NCBI GenBank assembly: GCA_964371995.1
Contig: CAYJPG010000003.1
Location: forward strand, 1,718 to 65,717
DNA length: 64,000 bases
From: an uncultured Chromatiaceae bacterium
GTDB lineage: Bacteria; Pseudomonadota; Gammaproteobacteria; Steroidobacterales; GCA-2729495
Direction: 5' to 3'
A program made the position numbers and the translations under genes. How positions within the stretch are numbered: position 1 is the stretch's first letter; each line of letters starts with the position of its first letter. Of this stretch, positions 18,195-28,362 are shown one piece after another. Under the pieces are notes generated by a model that was not told the DNA's origin, searched no databases, and saw only the letters and a program-made list of their open reading frames with translations.

Positions 18195-18881
18195 TCAGGC
18201 CTTTTCCGACAGGAACGCGCCGCGTGAGCGGCGAAAGTACACCGTCAGGTACTCGGCACGCACCATCCAGCGGAAGTCCGGATCATCTGAGGCGGTACAG
18301 GCAACCACGCGCACCACCGCACTGAGCGGATCACAGGCGAGCTTGAGCAGCTGGGAGGGAACCACCGCACCGACGGTGACAAACTGCAGCCCGCCCAGCG
18401 AGATGTCGCGCGTTTCACCACTGAATGGTCCCTGTAGCGGCCAACCATGAAAAAAATTGAGTGCATGGCGCCGGGCCAGACGGCTCGAGGCGCGTTTGCC
18501 GATCGTTTCCATGCGCTGGCGTGATGCCTGCCGCAGCGGGCTGCCGCAGGCCGCACACATGGCCTCGCGCGGAATCTGTTCGGTATAGCCGTGTGCTGTG
18601 CGGCAATAAATGCAGGCCGGTTGGCGCATGGCAGCCGTAATCGATGTATCTGCCGTGGCAGCCGGTTCAGTGGCCCCCCGCCGGTCATATTCGGCCCGCC
18701 TGGCTGCATCCATGAGGGTTTGATAGGCCTCATTGATCAGCGTGGCATTCCACTGGTCGCCGCCCAGATCGGGGTGCATACGCAGCTTCTGCATCAGGGT
18801 CCGGTAGCTGGATTTGATGATTTCCGTCGGCGCATCGGGCTGAACGTGCAGGATGCGATAGTAGTTGCGCCGGTTCTCCAT
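18195..18881 (-). CDS. J-domain / zinc-ribbon / PilZ-domain fusion protein
   Basis: J domain YYRILHVQPDAPTEIIKSSYRTLMQKLRMHPDLGGD...INEAYQTLMDAARRAEYD includes the HPD tripeptide. CIYC...CAACG is a Cys4 pattern. The C-terminal RLARRHALNF...GETRDISLGGLQFV has the PilZ RxxxR / D-x-S-x-x-G signature. Confidence 0.7.
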   Translation of the reverse strand: MENRRNYYRILHVQPDAPTEIIKSSYRTLMQKLRMHPDLGGDQWNATLINEAYQTLMDAARRAEYDRRGATEPAATADTSITAAMRQPACIYCRTAHGYTEQIPREAMCAACGSPLRQASRQRMETIGKRASSRLARRHALNFFHGWPLQGPFSGETRDISLGGLQFVTVGAVVPSQLLKLACDPLSAVVRVVACTASDDPDFRWMVRAEYLTVYFRRSRGAFLSEKA

Positions 18882-18932
18882 GGCTCAATAGGTTAAATTG
18901 CCAGCGCAGACCGGTCTAGCGTATCCTGCCGT

Positions 18933-19229
18933 ATGGCCGTTTCGAACTCCGTTCCCCAGCCTTCGCCGCTGGACGCTGATCCTTTTGCCCTGCAGTCGAT
19001 CACCAAGGCCGAACCGCCTTCCGGTGTCGACACCAGCAACTGGCATCGTTACGTTATTACACAGGGGCACAACACCATCGTTGGCCATCTGCAGGGCAAC
19101 CATGCCAGCATTGAGCGTTCGGTACAGGAAATCGTCGAGCGCCTCAACGAAAGGCGCCGGGGCAAGACCGGCCGGGTACACCTGAGCCCGGGGCGCAAGA
19201 AGAAAGCCGTTACGCAGGACGAGTCGTAA
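18933..19229 (+). CDS. hypothetical small protein
   Basis: A 98-aa ORF in an otherwise empty slot, divergent from the J-PilZ gene. No clear Shine-Dalgarno sequence and no motif recognised. Confidence 0.35.
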   Translation: MAVSNSVPQPSPLDADPFALQSITKAEPPSGVDTSNWHRYVITQGHNTIVGHLQGNHASIERSVQEIVERLNERRRGKTGRVHLSPGRKKKAVTQDES

Positions 19230-20589
19230 GCGGATTGTCGGCTACCGCCTCACGGTAGACCAGACGTAACCAGAACACACCGATCCCGCCAGCGATCGCG
19301 TTGGCGGAAGCCGCCGCAATGAAGATGCCGACCAGGCCAAAGAACTGCGACAGCAGCCAGGCCAGCGGTGCATAGACGGCAATGGTTCGTGACATTGAAA
19401 TCCACATCGCCGCCACCGGCTTGCCCAGTGCATTCAGCGACCCGTTTACGCTCATCGCACAGCCAAGCGCGATATAGCTGATCGGCACCACATGCATTTG
19501 CAGCAGTGCCGTGTCTCTGGCCACACCCTGCAAGCCAAACAGGTCGACGACAAATCCGCCGAACAGCAGCAGGAATGCGCCGATAGCCAGTCCGTAGAAC
19601 AGCGAGAAGCGGTAAGCGAAGCGGATGCCATCGCCGACACGGTCCAGACGCCGCGCACCGAAATTCTGGCCAACAAACGGCGTCATACCTGCCGACAGAG
19701 CCATCATCGACAGCAGCGACAGCCCCTCGATGCGCGAAGCGATACCGAAGCCGGCGACCGACTCCTGGCCGAAGGTCGCGATCTGATGCGTGATAAAGGC
19801 CGTCGTGATCGGCGAAACGAGGCTGCTGGTCAAAGACGGCAGGCCCACATGCAGGATGCGCCGCCATGAATCCATGATGAGGTGCAGGTCCAGCGTCCTG
19901 ATATTCACCAGATGCTCGCGGTACATCACGAAAAACATCGAGGCGAACATGGTCAGGATGTTCGCTATCACCCCGCCCAGCGCCGCGCCCTCGATCTCCA
20001 TGCGCGGGAAACCGAACAGGCCGAAGATGAGGACCGGATCGATGCAGATATTCAGTATCGCCGCCGTAGACATGATCATCGCCGGCCGCTTGGCATCCCC
20101 GGAAGCGCGCAGCACCGAGTTGGCGATCATCGGGGCCACGACAAAGATGCCGCCCCAGTAATAAATGCGCATGTAGCGATGGATGTGCGGCAGGATATTC
20201 TCGTCCGCGCCGAGCAGCCGGAACACCGGATCGATCGTCAGCAGACCGATGGCAAGGATCACCGCACCGCACAGCACGCCGAGCAACATCGCATGCGTGG
20301 TAATACGTTTGATCTGATCGCGATCTTCGGCGCCAAACAGTCTGGACACCACCGAGGAGGTCCCGACACCCAGCGACATGGCCATCGCACCGACGATGAA
20401 GCTCACCGGAAAGGTGAAGGTGATGGCCGCAAGCTGCTCGGTACTGACCCGCGCGATGAAAAACGCCCCGGCCAGGTTATTGGTAACTATGGCAATCATG
20501 CCGAGCATCATCGGCAGCATCAGCGACAGGATCGCCTTGCTGACCGGGCCTTCGGTTAGTCTCGCACGCTTTCCAGCCGGTGGTTTCAT
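19210..20589 (-). CDS. MATE family efflux transporter
   Basis: About 12 TM helices, with the N-terminus GPVSKAILSLMLPMMLGMIAIVTNNLAGAFFIARVS typical of NorM/DinF-type MATE proteins. Confidence 0.85.
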   Translation of the reverse strand: MKPPAGKRARLTEGPVSKAILSLMLPMMLGMIAIVTNNLAGAFFIARVSTEQLAAITFTFPVSFIVGAMAMSLGVGTSSVVSRLFGAEDRDQIKRITTHAMLLGVLCGAVILAIGLLTIDPVFRLLGADENILPHIHRYMRIYYWGGIFVVAPMIANSVLRASGDAKRPAMIMSTAAILNICIDPVLIFGLFGFPRMEIEGAALGGVIANILTMFASMFFVMYREHLVNIRTLDLHLIMDSWRRILHVGLPSLTSSLVSPITTAFITHQIATFGQESVAGFGIASRIEGLSLLSMMALSAGMTPFVGQNFGARRLDRVGDGIRFAYRFSLFYGLAIGAFLLLFGGFVVDLFGLQGVARDTALLQMHVVPISYIALGCAMSVNGSLNALGKPVAAMWISMSRTIAVYAPLAWLLSQFFGLVGIFIAAASANAIAGGIGVFWLRLVYREAVADNPLTTRPA

Positions 20590-20595
20590 GGTTCG

Positions 20596-21807
20596 CTACA
20601 GTCCCTGGGTCTCTGCATTGGCATCAATAAGGCGCCGGTACTCGGCATAGGCGTAGCGGTCTGTCATGCCGGCCACGTAGTCGGCAATCGCCAGAGCCCG
20701 GCCCGGCTCGCCACGCTCAGCTTCCCATTGACGCGCCCGCGTCGCGTGTTCAGCCGGCATCGCTTCGGGGCTGTTCATGTAAAAGGCGAACAGTTCTTTC
20801 AGCATGTCCTGCGCGCGCGAGGTCACCGCAAGCACACGCTCATGCCGGTACAGCTGCCGGTGCAGAAAGCGCTTCAGAGCCAGATGAGCCGTACGCACTG
20901 CCGGGCTCAGCGCCACCAGCGGGTGCTTCAGGGCACGCACATCCTCGATGGATTCCGGCTCCCGGGCGGCGATGTTCCTGGCGGTCGTCCCGACCAGATC
21001 GCTGACCACTTCGTTGATCATCCCGCGGATGGTTTCGTGGATCAGCGCACGGCGCGATGCCCGCGGATTGGTCTCCAGCAACGGGACATAATGACGCCGG
21101 AACAGGGGCACCGCGCACAGTGTCTCCTCGGTCAGCAGCCCGGAGCGCAATCCGTCATCCACATCGTGATTGTTGTAGGCAATTTCGTCCGCCAGATTGA
21201 CCACTTGTGCTTCCAGCCCCGGCTGATGCCGCAACAGAAACCGCTCGCCAACCGCACCGAGCCGGCGCGCATTCCGTTTTGAGCAGTGCTTGAGTATGCC
21301 CTCGCGGGTTTCAAAGCACAGGTTCAGTCCGGGAAACGCAAAGTAACGGTCTTCGAGTTCATCCACCACCCGCAGGGACTGCAGATTGTGTTCGAAACCA
21401 CCCCACGGTTTCATGCACGCGTCCAGCGCATCCTCACCAGCGTGACCGAAGGGCGGGTGGCCCAGATCATGCGCCAGCGCGATCGCCTCGATCAGCTCCT
21501 CGTTCAGATGCAGGGCACGGGCAACAGTGCGGGCGATCTGCGCGACTTCGATCGAGTGCGTGAGGCGGGTGCGGTACAGGTCGCCTTCGTGATTGATGAA
21601 TACCTGGGTCTTGTAGACCAGTCGGCGGAAGCCACCGGAATGGATCACCCGGTCGCGGTCGCGCTGGAACTCACTTCGGTATGCATGCGACGGCTCCACA
21701 TGCTGCCGGCCACGACCCGACTCCGCGCAGGCTGCAAAGGGCGCCAGGTGGTGGCCTGGTCCGGCGCCCGGGCCGGTCTGGCGGTTACGCGGCCGGGCCT
21801 TCTTCAC
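20596..21807 (-). CDS. dgt: dGTPase-like HD-domain triphosphohydrolase
   Basis: [24 protein letters not shown]...[13 protein letters not shown]...[11 protein letters not shown]. The GTG start overlaps the aroB stop (GTGA). Confidence 0.85.
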   Translation of the reverse strand: MKKARPRNRQTGPGAGPGHHLAPFAACAESGRGRQHVEPSHAYRSEFQRDRDRVIHSGGFRRLVYKTQVFINHEGDLYRTRLTHSIEVAQIARTVARALHLNEELIEAIALAHDLGHPPFGHAGEDALDACMKPWGGFEHNLQSLRVVDELEDRYFAFPGLNLCFETREGILKHCSKRNARRLGAVGERFLLRHQPGLEAQVVNLADEIAYNNHDVDDGLRSGLLTEETLCAVPLFRRHYVPLLETNPRASRRALIHETIRGMINEVVSDLVGTTARNIAAREPESIEDVRALKHPLVALSPAVRTAHLALKRFLHRQLYRHERVLAVTSRAQDMLKELFAFYMNSPEAMPAEHATRARQWEAERGEPGRALAIADYVAGMTDRYAYAEYRRLIDANAETQGL

Positions 21808-22898
21808 CGCACGAACTGCTCGCGCAGGAAGTCGGCGAGTTCGTGTGGCGCGTACTCAGCGGTAATTCGGCCGGCACCGATACGGTCGAGCAGTACCAGG
21901 CGGATATGTCCGGCGATCACTTTCTTGTCCATGCCCATCGCAGCGAGGAATTTCCCCGGGTCAACCGGTGGCGGGTCAACCGGCAGATTCAGCCGACTGT
22001 AGAGACGGCGGATGCGCTCGACTGCGGCACCGTCGATGGTGCCCAGCCGCTGTGCAAACGCGGCGGCCATGCAGGTACCGGCAGCCACCGCTTCACCGTG
22101 CAACCACTCGCCATAACCGGCGTGCAATTCGATCGCATGACCGAAGGTATGGCCGAGATTGAGCAATGCGCGGCGGCCATGCTCACGTTCGTCCTGGGCG
22201 ACGATTTCGGCCTTGAGTTCGCAGGACCGCCGTATCACGTGGCGCAGGGCAGCCGGATCACGTTGCAACAAGCTCTGGGTATGAGCTTCTATCCAGTCGA
22301 AAAATGCCGCATCGCCAATCAGCCCGTACTTCACCACTTCGGCCAGACCGGCGGAGAGCTCGCGGTCGGGCAAGGTCTGCAGTGTATCGGTATCGGCCAG
22401 CACACACAGCGGCTGGTGAAAGGCGCCGATGAGGTTCTTGCCGCCCGCGTGATTGACGCCGGTCTTGCCACCGACGGCGGAGTCCACCTGTGCCAGCAGG
22501 GTGGTCGGCACCTGCAGGAAATCCACGCCGCGCTGATAGATCGCCGCCGCAAAGCCGGCGATGTCGCCGACCACACCACCACCCAGCGCCACGACCACCA
22601 CATCGCGCCCGTAGCGGCCGGAGACGAGCGCATCGAGTACTGCGTTCACCGTGGCCATGGTCTTGTGGCGCTCGCCGTCGGGCAGGCTGACACTGTTTAC
22701 CCGGCAACCGCTCATGAGGGCGCGCAGCGGACCGAGATAAATCGGACCTACAGTGTCATTGGTCACGACCAACACGTCGCGATGCTTCAGATACGGCTCA
22801 AGAATTTTCGGCTGCGACAGCAGGCCACTGCCGATCAGAACAGGGTAACTGCGCAGACCCAGGTCAACCGACAGGGTAATCAGCATCGTCTGTGACAT
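21804..22898 (-). CDS. aroB: 3-dehydroquinate synthase
   Basis: Start chosen at ATG 22898 ([14 protein letters not shown]), 14 nt after the aroK stop. [45 protein letters not shown]. Confidence 0.9.
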   Translation of the reverse strand: MSQTMLITLSVDLGLRSYPVLIGSGLLSQPKILEPYLKHRDVLVVTNDTVGPIYLGPLRALMSGCRVNSVSLPDGERHKTMATVNAVLDALVSGRYGRDVVVVALGGGVVGDIAGFAAAIYQRGVDFLQVPTTLLAQVDSAVGGKTGVNHAGGKNLIGAFHQPLCVLADTDTLQTLPDRELSAGLAEVVKYGLIGDAAFFDWIEAHTQSLLQRDPAALRHVIRRSCELKAEIVAQDEREHGRRALLNLGHTFGHAIELHAGYGEWLHGEAVAAGTCMAAAFAQRLGTIDGAAVERIRRLYSRLNLPVDPPPVDPGKFLAAMGMDKKVIAGHIRLVLLDRIGAGRITAEYAPHELADFLREQFVR

Positions 22899-22911
22899 CT
22901 GCGCATGGTAC

Positions 22912-23439
22912 TCAAGCCGGGGACCGGGCGGCGAGATACTGGCAAATCTCGTGGACCACCGAGGCCACCTTGCGGTTATCCGTGTCGACGACGAAATGCG
23001 CGATTTCCCGGAACTGCGGTTCACGCGTTGCCATCAGTCGGCTGAGGATTTCCCGCGGATTGCCGTTCTTGAGCAGCGGGCGCCGACGACCACCGCCGGT
23101 GCGCTTGAGCTGCTGATCGACACCGGTATGCAGGTAAACGACCAGGCCACGCTCGTGCAGTCTGGCCCGGCTGTCCGGATTCTGCGCAGACCCGCCACCG
23201 GTTGCCAGCACGATACCCGGCCGCTGCGTCACCTCATCGATCACCCGGCACTCGCGTTCGCGAAACCCCGCTTCGCCTTCGCGCTCGAAGATAAACGGAA
23301 TATCCACACCGCTGCGCTTTTGGATGAGCTGATCGCTGTCGATGAACTCGCGGCCCAGCTCGCGCGCGAGCCGCTTGCCGACGGCCGACTTGCCCGAGCC
23401 CATCGGGCCGACGAGAAAGATGCTGGTTTCAGGCTGCAT
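22912..23439 (-). CDS. aroK: shikimate kinase
   Basis: [19 protein letters not shown] (P-loop)...[11 protein letters not shown]...ATGGG. Confidence 0.9.
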   Translation of the reverse strand: MQPETSIFLVGPMGSGKSAVGKRLARELGREFIDSDQLIQKRSGVDIPFIFEREGEAGFRERECRVIDEVTQRPGIVLATGGGSAQNPDSRARLHERGLVVYLHTGVDQQLKRTGGGRRRPLLKNGNPREILSRLMATREPQFREIAHFVVDTDNRKVASVVHEICQYLAARSPA

Positions 23440-23498
23440 TGAAGCAGTGTTTGCGATCGGCGCAGGGCCGTCAACTGGCAGATGCAGGCAGAGCAGAA

Positions 23499-23530
23499 AG
23501 GAACAGGCCGGCTTGCGCCGGCCTGTTCCT
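23499..23530 (-). terminator. perfect 14-bp stem hairpin downstream of the Ig-like lipoprotein gene
   Basis: AGGAACAGGCCGGC-ttgc-GCCGGCCTGTTCCT. On the minus strand it is followed by TTTCTGCTC, a weak T tract. It lies 24 nt after the stop at 23554. Confidence 0.5.
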
Positions 23531-23553
23531 TACCTTGTAACCAAACGCCGGGC

Positions 23554-25479
23554 TCAGGGTGTCGTCGGTGGAATCGTGCAATCGTTAGTGGTCCCGGTTG
23601 GCACATCGACGCCGAAGGGACTGAACTGGTTTGGTGGGGCATCAGTCTCGGTTTTAACGTCGGCTGCCAGCACCTGCAGTATAAATACGCTGGACTTGCT
23701 GAACTCACTGCCGGTAACGCTCGCTTTCGCAGTCAGCGTCGCCTCAAGCCACTGAGCGTAGTTCTGCGGGTAGAACACGCAGATGCGGGCACGCCCCTGA
23801 CTGTTGGTTACGACATTGGCAGCGGTACCCTGAGCCCCGGCCGTGGCGCAGGGTGCGCCCAGCGAAGCTGTTTCCGGAACGGCGGCAACCAGCGCAATGT
23901 TACCGGCTTCGAGGATTCCATTGTTATTGCCGAGACCACCGACATCCTCGCCCAGGCCAGCATCCAGAATGCCGTTCTTGTTGGCGTCCTCATCCGGGCA
24001 GAAAACCGGTGCATTGCCCGCATAAGTCCAGACGCCGGGCGGGTCCGCCCACCCCAGTTGCCCTTTGATGTACTGGCGGGAACGGATGCTCGCCTGCACG
24101 GACTTGTTGGCGACCGCATTGCCGTCAACGTCAGTGACCAGGATGACCCATTCCTTGGCATAGGTGGCCGTACCGATTTCAAACAGCGTATTACCCGTTC
24201 CCAAGGTCAGGGCAAGTTCCTGCCGGGCAACAGTCAATGCCACGGTGTCGTTGATGCCAGTGCCCTGTACGGTGGCACGAATGACGACACCATTTACGGC
24301 GCTGGCATCAGCGCCGGCAGTGTAAACCGACTGGGCATGCCCCTGACTGTCGGTAATATCCTGCCCGACTGACAGCGAGCCACCCGTCGATTCAAGTACG
24401 AACTGTACGGTCCTGTTCTTGACCGGGTTGTTGTTTGCATCCCGGACCACTGCCGTCAGCTGGCTCTGCTCCGCGACACCGACCGTCAATGGCGAAGCCT
24501 GGAGATCGACTGAATCGGGCGTGGTGGCGATAAACTCGAGCGAGCGGTTCGTGCTCGTCGCTTCAGGATTGGTCGCCGTCAATACCGCCGAGCCTGCGAT
24601 GCTGGCACTGATCGTGATCGACGCATCGCCGGAAGCATCGGTCAGGGCAGAGCTTGCCGAAAGGGTGCCCCGCGTGGTCGAGAAATTGATGGTCGCTCCA
24701 ACCTGGGCGACTCCGTTCTTTGTCCAGCGCACAGTAACCGGCTGGACAGCACCCAGGTTGACCTCGGCACCAGCGGTTGGTGCACTGAAGGCAAATACAT
24801 CGCCCGATACCGTAAGTACCCTGGTCGCATTCAAACCCAGGCCACTGACCGTCAGGGTGTCAGCTCCGGCGGTCGTCGCTGTGACATTGAACGGGACATT
24901 GCCGCTGGGATTGGTAGTTGTTACCGGTGCGGAAATCGTATTGCCATTGGCGGAGGTAAGCGTCAGCACCGCGCCCTGGATACCAGCAGCTTTGGAGTCC
25001 TTGGCGACAGCAACATAGGAACCTATATCGTTCAACGCGAGTGCATCAGGACCCGTAATGGTGATTGTGGTGCCCACCACATTGACGATGACGCTACCCG
25101 ACGCCTGGCCTGCCGTAGCCGTCACGGTAATAGCGCGGTTCTGGGCATTGGTGCCGTTTGACAACTGCGCGTAGGCGATACCTGAACCATCCGTAACAGC
25201 CTGGGTAACGGCGAGCGAGCCGGAACTGGCTCCAAACTGCACCGTAACCCCGGTGAGGACTGCGTTACTCGCATCCTTGACCTGGGCCGTGATCGCAACC
25301 TTGTTGGCGCCACCCTGGTCGGACTGCAACTGTGGCGACGACGCCAGTACCGTAACGATTGCTGCCGTAGCGGCCGCACCGCCGCCGGAGCCACTGATGG
25401 TGCCGGCACCACCGCCGCCGCAGGAGGCCAGCGCCGCCGATACCAGCACCACGCCCAAAGAAAGCAATTTCTTCAACAC
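23554..25479 (-). CDS. lipoprotein with tandem bacterial Ig-like (Big_1/invasin-type) repeats
   Basis: GTG start after GAGGGA. Lipobox LASCGGG. Repeated roughly 90-aa units end in motifs such as AITVTATAG..GSVIVNV, DTLTVSGLGLNATRVLTVS, SAVLTATNPEA, VVIRATVQGTG..DTVALTV, followed by a distinct roughly 200-aa C-terminal domain. Confidence 0.75.
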   Translation of the reverse strand: MLKKLLSLGVVLVSAALASCGGGGAGTISGSGGGAAATAAIVTVLASSPQLQSDQGGANKVAITAQVKDASNAVLTGVTVQFGASSGSLAVTQAVTDGSGIAYAQLSNGTNAQNRAITVTATAGQASGSVIVNVVGTTITITGPDALALNDIGSYVAVAKDSKAAGIQGAVLTLTSANGNTISAPVTTTNPSGNVPFNVTATTAGADTLTVSGLGLNATRVLTVSGDVFAFSAPTAGAEVNLGAVQPVTVRWTKNGVAQVGATINFSTTRGTLSASSALTDASGDASITISASIAGSAVLTATNPEATSTNRSLEFIATTPDSVDLQASPLTVGVAEQSQLTAVVRDANNNPVKNRTVQFVLESTGGSLSVGQDITDSQGHAQSVYTAGADASAVNGVVIRATVQGTGINDTVALTVARQELALTLGTGNTLFEIGTATYAKEWVILVTDVDGNAVANKSVQASIRSRQYIKGQLGWADPPGVWTYAGNAPVFCPDEDANKNGILDAGLGEDVGGLGNNNGILEAGNIALVAAVPETASLGAPCATAGAQGTAANVVTNSQGRARICVFYPQNYAQWLEATLTAKASVTGSEFSKSSVFILQVLAADVKTETDAPPNQFSPFGVDVPTGTTNDCTIPPTTP

Positions 25480-25534
25480 AACAATTCCCTCTCACACACC
25501 CAGCGATCCCTGGCTTCGCTGTCGATGATTCCGT

Positions 25535-27826
25535 TCAATAAATGTTCGAGCCTTCCTTGAGAATCTTTGGCGTCACAAAGATCAGCAGTTCGGATTTGTT
25601 TGAAACCTTGCGGGTCGAGCGGAACAGCACGCCGACACCGGGGATGTCACCGAGGAACGGCACCTTGCTGACCTGCTCACCTTCTTCCGTCTCGTAGACG
25701 CCGCCGAGCACCACGGTCTGGCCGCTGTTGACCAGCACCTGTGTATCGACGGCACGCGTATCGATGCTTGGCACCGAGCCGCCGCGTTCGTTGGATATGA
25801 CTGCACCAACGCTGTCCTTGGTTACCTTGAGGTCCAGAATGATCCGGTCATCAGGCGTGATCTGCGGCGTTACCGTAAGGCTGAGGACCGCCTCCTTGAA
25901 CTGCGTGGTGGTAGCACCGCTGGAAGAGGACTCCTGGTATGGAATCTCGACACCCTGACGGATCGAGGCCTCCTTCTGATTGGCGGTAATGACACGCGGT
26001 GAAGAAATCACCTCGCCGCGGCCCTCGGCCTGCAATGCGGAGAGTTCCAGATCAACCAGATAGTCTTCGCCGAGCAGGGCAAGGCCGAGACGGCCAGCCG
26101 GATTCGCCACTGGCAGGTTCACGTTGTAACGATCTGTCAGCGCAGGCAGCTGTACCGGATACTTGGAGCCCGTGGACTGCTGGTTGGTCAGTGCGGAGTT
26201 GACAATCGTACTCGTACCGGCTGCAGAACCAGACACCGCGACGAGTCCGTCGCTGGTATCGTGGACACCGGTCACGCCCCACCGCATGCCGAGGTCGCGA
26301 CTGAAATCATCGTTCACGATCACGATGCGCGACTCGATCAGGACCTGACGTACCGGAATATCCAGCGTGCTGACGAGCCGGCGGATCTCCTTGATGTTCT
26401 CGCTGACGTCCTGTACCAGCAGCGTGTTGGTACGTTCGTCTATCGCCACGCTACCGCGCTCGGAAAGCAGCGCATTGCCCTTGCCACCCTTGCCCTTCAT
26501 CAGTTCGGCGAGGTCAGCGGCCTTGGCATAGTTGACCTGCAGGAACTCGGACAACAGGGGCTCGAGTTCACGTATGTCCTTGCGGGCTTCGAGGTCGGCT
26601 TTTTCGCGCGAAGCGATCTCGTCAGCCGGCGCGACAATTATCACGCCGCCGTTCTCGCGCATGTCCAGTCCCTTGGTGGCCAGGACGATGTCGAGAGCCT
26701 GATCCCAGGGCACGTTCTGCAGGCGCAGGGTGACATTGCCGGCCACGCTGTCGGACACGATGATGTTCCGGCCGCTGACATCTGCCAGCAGCTGCAGCAC
26801 GGCCCGGGTCTCGATATCCTGGAAAGAGAGCGTGAGCCGCTCGCCCGTGTACTCACGATCTGGACTGAACAGGGTCGGCCTGGTGCTCTTTTCCGCAGCG
26901 ACTACCGGCGCGACCTCGACGGTGAAAACGCTGTCGGACTGGTAGGCAAGTTCCTGGAACGGCATTTTGGCGGCGATGCTGATGCGCGTACCGGTGGAAG
27001 TGCCCGTCGATTCAATCGAGTTTACGGGTGTTGCGAAGTCGGTAACATCAAGACGCTTCTGCAGGTTGGCCGGAAGTGTTGCACCGTTGAACGAAAGCAC
27101 CACCCGATCGCCTTCCTTGCGGACATCGACCGGCGTTGCGGGATCCGACAGCGTGATCACGACCCGCCCGGCGCCATTGTCGCCACGACGGAAATCCACG
27201 CCGCTGACGCTGCGGCCGGCTTTGGCGACGGAAGCCATTGCGGCGGGTGCAGCGCTGGTCTCAGGGAATGAAGTCCCGGCAGCGGCAGCTTCCGGCGCAC
27301 CGAGGGTTACCACGATGGCGTTGCCATCGACGCGGGTCTGATAAGGCACCATTCTGTCGAGATTCAGAACAACGCGGGTCTTGCCGCCAGCCTCAGCAGC
27401 AAGAATTGTGGACAGCGGACCGATGTTGACGTCCTTGCGCCGCTTGTCGAGTCCGAGCGTCGTGTTCTGCAGGTCGAGAGAGATGCGGGCAGGGTTGTCG
27501 ATGGTAAAAGCCAGGGGCTCGGACGCAGCGCCAGAAGTCAGAAGGCGCAATTCGATGCGATTGCCTGACAGCGACTGGACCTCGATATCCTTCAGCTGGT
27601 TTGCCGCCGGCGCAGCCTGGGCCAGCGCGACAGACACCCCGGTCAACGCGATTGCCAGCGCGCTGATCCATGCTGCAAGGACGCAGCTGACGGTTTGCCG
27701 CCTGCCGGTTGGTCCTGCCATCTCACTGCCCCTGGTCGTGCTCATCATCCCGTACTCCCAACCATATTCTTGCGTCGGCAACTCAAATCCGTGTCCCGCT
27801 GCGCGGCCACGGAAACCCCGCCTCAA
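25535..27826 (-). CDS. pilQ: type IV pilus secretin PilQ
   Basis: AMIN-like N-terminal repeats, then the secretin core (LQNVPWDQALDIVL, VLIESRIVIVNDDFSRDLG, GGVYETEEGEQVSKVPFLGDIPGVGVLFR). The start is uncertain: TTG 27826 overlaps the pilP stop, and the first ATG in frame is at 27748. Confidence 0.9.
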   Translation of the reverse strand: MRRGFRGRAAGHGFELPTQEYGWEYGMMSTTRGSEMAGPTGRRQTVSCVLAAWISALAIALTGVSVALAQAAPAANQLKDIEVQSLSGNRIELRLLTSGAASEPLAFTIDNPARISLDLQNTTLGLDKRRKDVNIGPLSTILAAEAGGKTRVVLNLDRMVPYQTRVDGNAIVVTLGAPEAAAAGTSFPETSAAPAAMASVAKAGRSVSGVDFRRGDNGAGRVVITLSDPATPVDVRKEGDRVVLSFNGATLPANLQKRLDVTDFATPVNSIESTGTSTGTRISIAAKMPFQELAYQSDSVFTVEVAPVVAAEKSTRPTLFSPDREYTGERLTLSFQDIETRAVLQLLADVSGRNIIVSDSVAGNVTLRLQNVPWDQALDIVLATKGLDMRENGGVIIVAPADEIASREKADLEARKDIRELEPLLSEFLQVNYAKAADLAELMKGKGGKGNALLSERGSVAIDERTNTLLVQDVSENIKEIRRLVSTLDIPVRQVLIESRIVIVNDDFSRDLGMRWGVTGVHDTSDGLVAVSGSAAGTSTIVNSALTNQQSTGSKYPVQLPALTDRYNVNLPVANPAGRLGLALLGEDYLVDLELSALQAEGRGEVISSPRVITANQKEASIRQGVEIPYQESSSSGATTTQFKEAVLSLTVTPQITPDDRIILDLKVTKDSVGAVISNERGGSVPSIDTRAVDTQVLVNSGQTVVLGGVYETEEGEQVSKVPFLGDIPGVGVLFRSTRKVSNKSELLIFVTPKILKEGSNIY

Positions 27827-28362
27827 TTTCCAAGCGCGATAGAGGCCGACCGTTTGTAGAAGCCACCCATGCCATCCGGCACCAATTCTTCAACCTGGAT
27901 CTCTGCTTGCGTTACGGCAACGACGTGGCCGTCGTACTGGCCGATATAGTTGCCGGGCAGAACCTTGTGCAGCAAACCGTCTCTGGTCTGCACCAACCCG
28001 TAAGTAGCCTTGCCCTGACTAAGCGTTCCTGCCATCGCAAGCGTATCGAGCGGGAACTGCTCCAGATACTCCTTGGGGCGGGCCGAATCCGGGCGCGGCC
28101 CCGTTATACCTGCGTGACCCTGCGGCTGGTCCGGTACGAATGGCGAACGCAGCGACTCGGCCGCGTAGCCAAAGGTCTCGTACGGCTTGACCTGCGGCAA
28201 GGCTTCAATGCGGCCACCCGGCCGCGCCTTGACGGTGTCGATATACTTTTCGAGATCCGACTTGCTGCCACCGCAGCCGGTCAGCAGCGCGGATGCAAGC
28301 AGGATCCCGGCACCGGCCTGCCGGAGGCGAAAGCTGTACAGCATGGATAGAACCCTGATCAT
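27823..28362 (-). CDS. pilP: type IV pilus assembly lipoprotein PilP
   Basis: Lipobox LLTGCGG, appropriate size, and position between pilO and pilQ. Confidence 0.8.
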   Translation of the reverse strand: MIRVLSMLYSFRLRQAGAGILLASALLTGCGGSKSDLEKYIDTVKARPGGRIEALPQVKPYETFGYAAESLRSPFVPDQPQGHAGITGPRPDSARPKEYLEQFPLDTLAMAGTLSQGKATYGLVQTRDGLLHKVLPGNYIGQYDGHVVAVTQAEIQVEELVPDGMGGFYKRSASIALGN

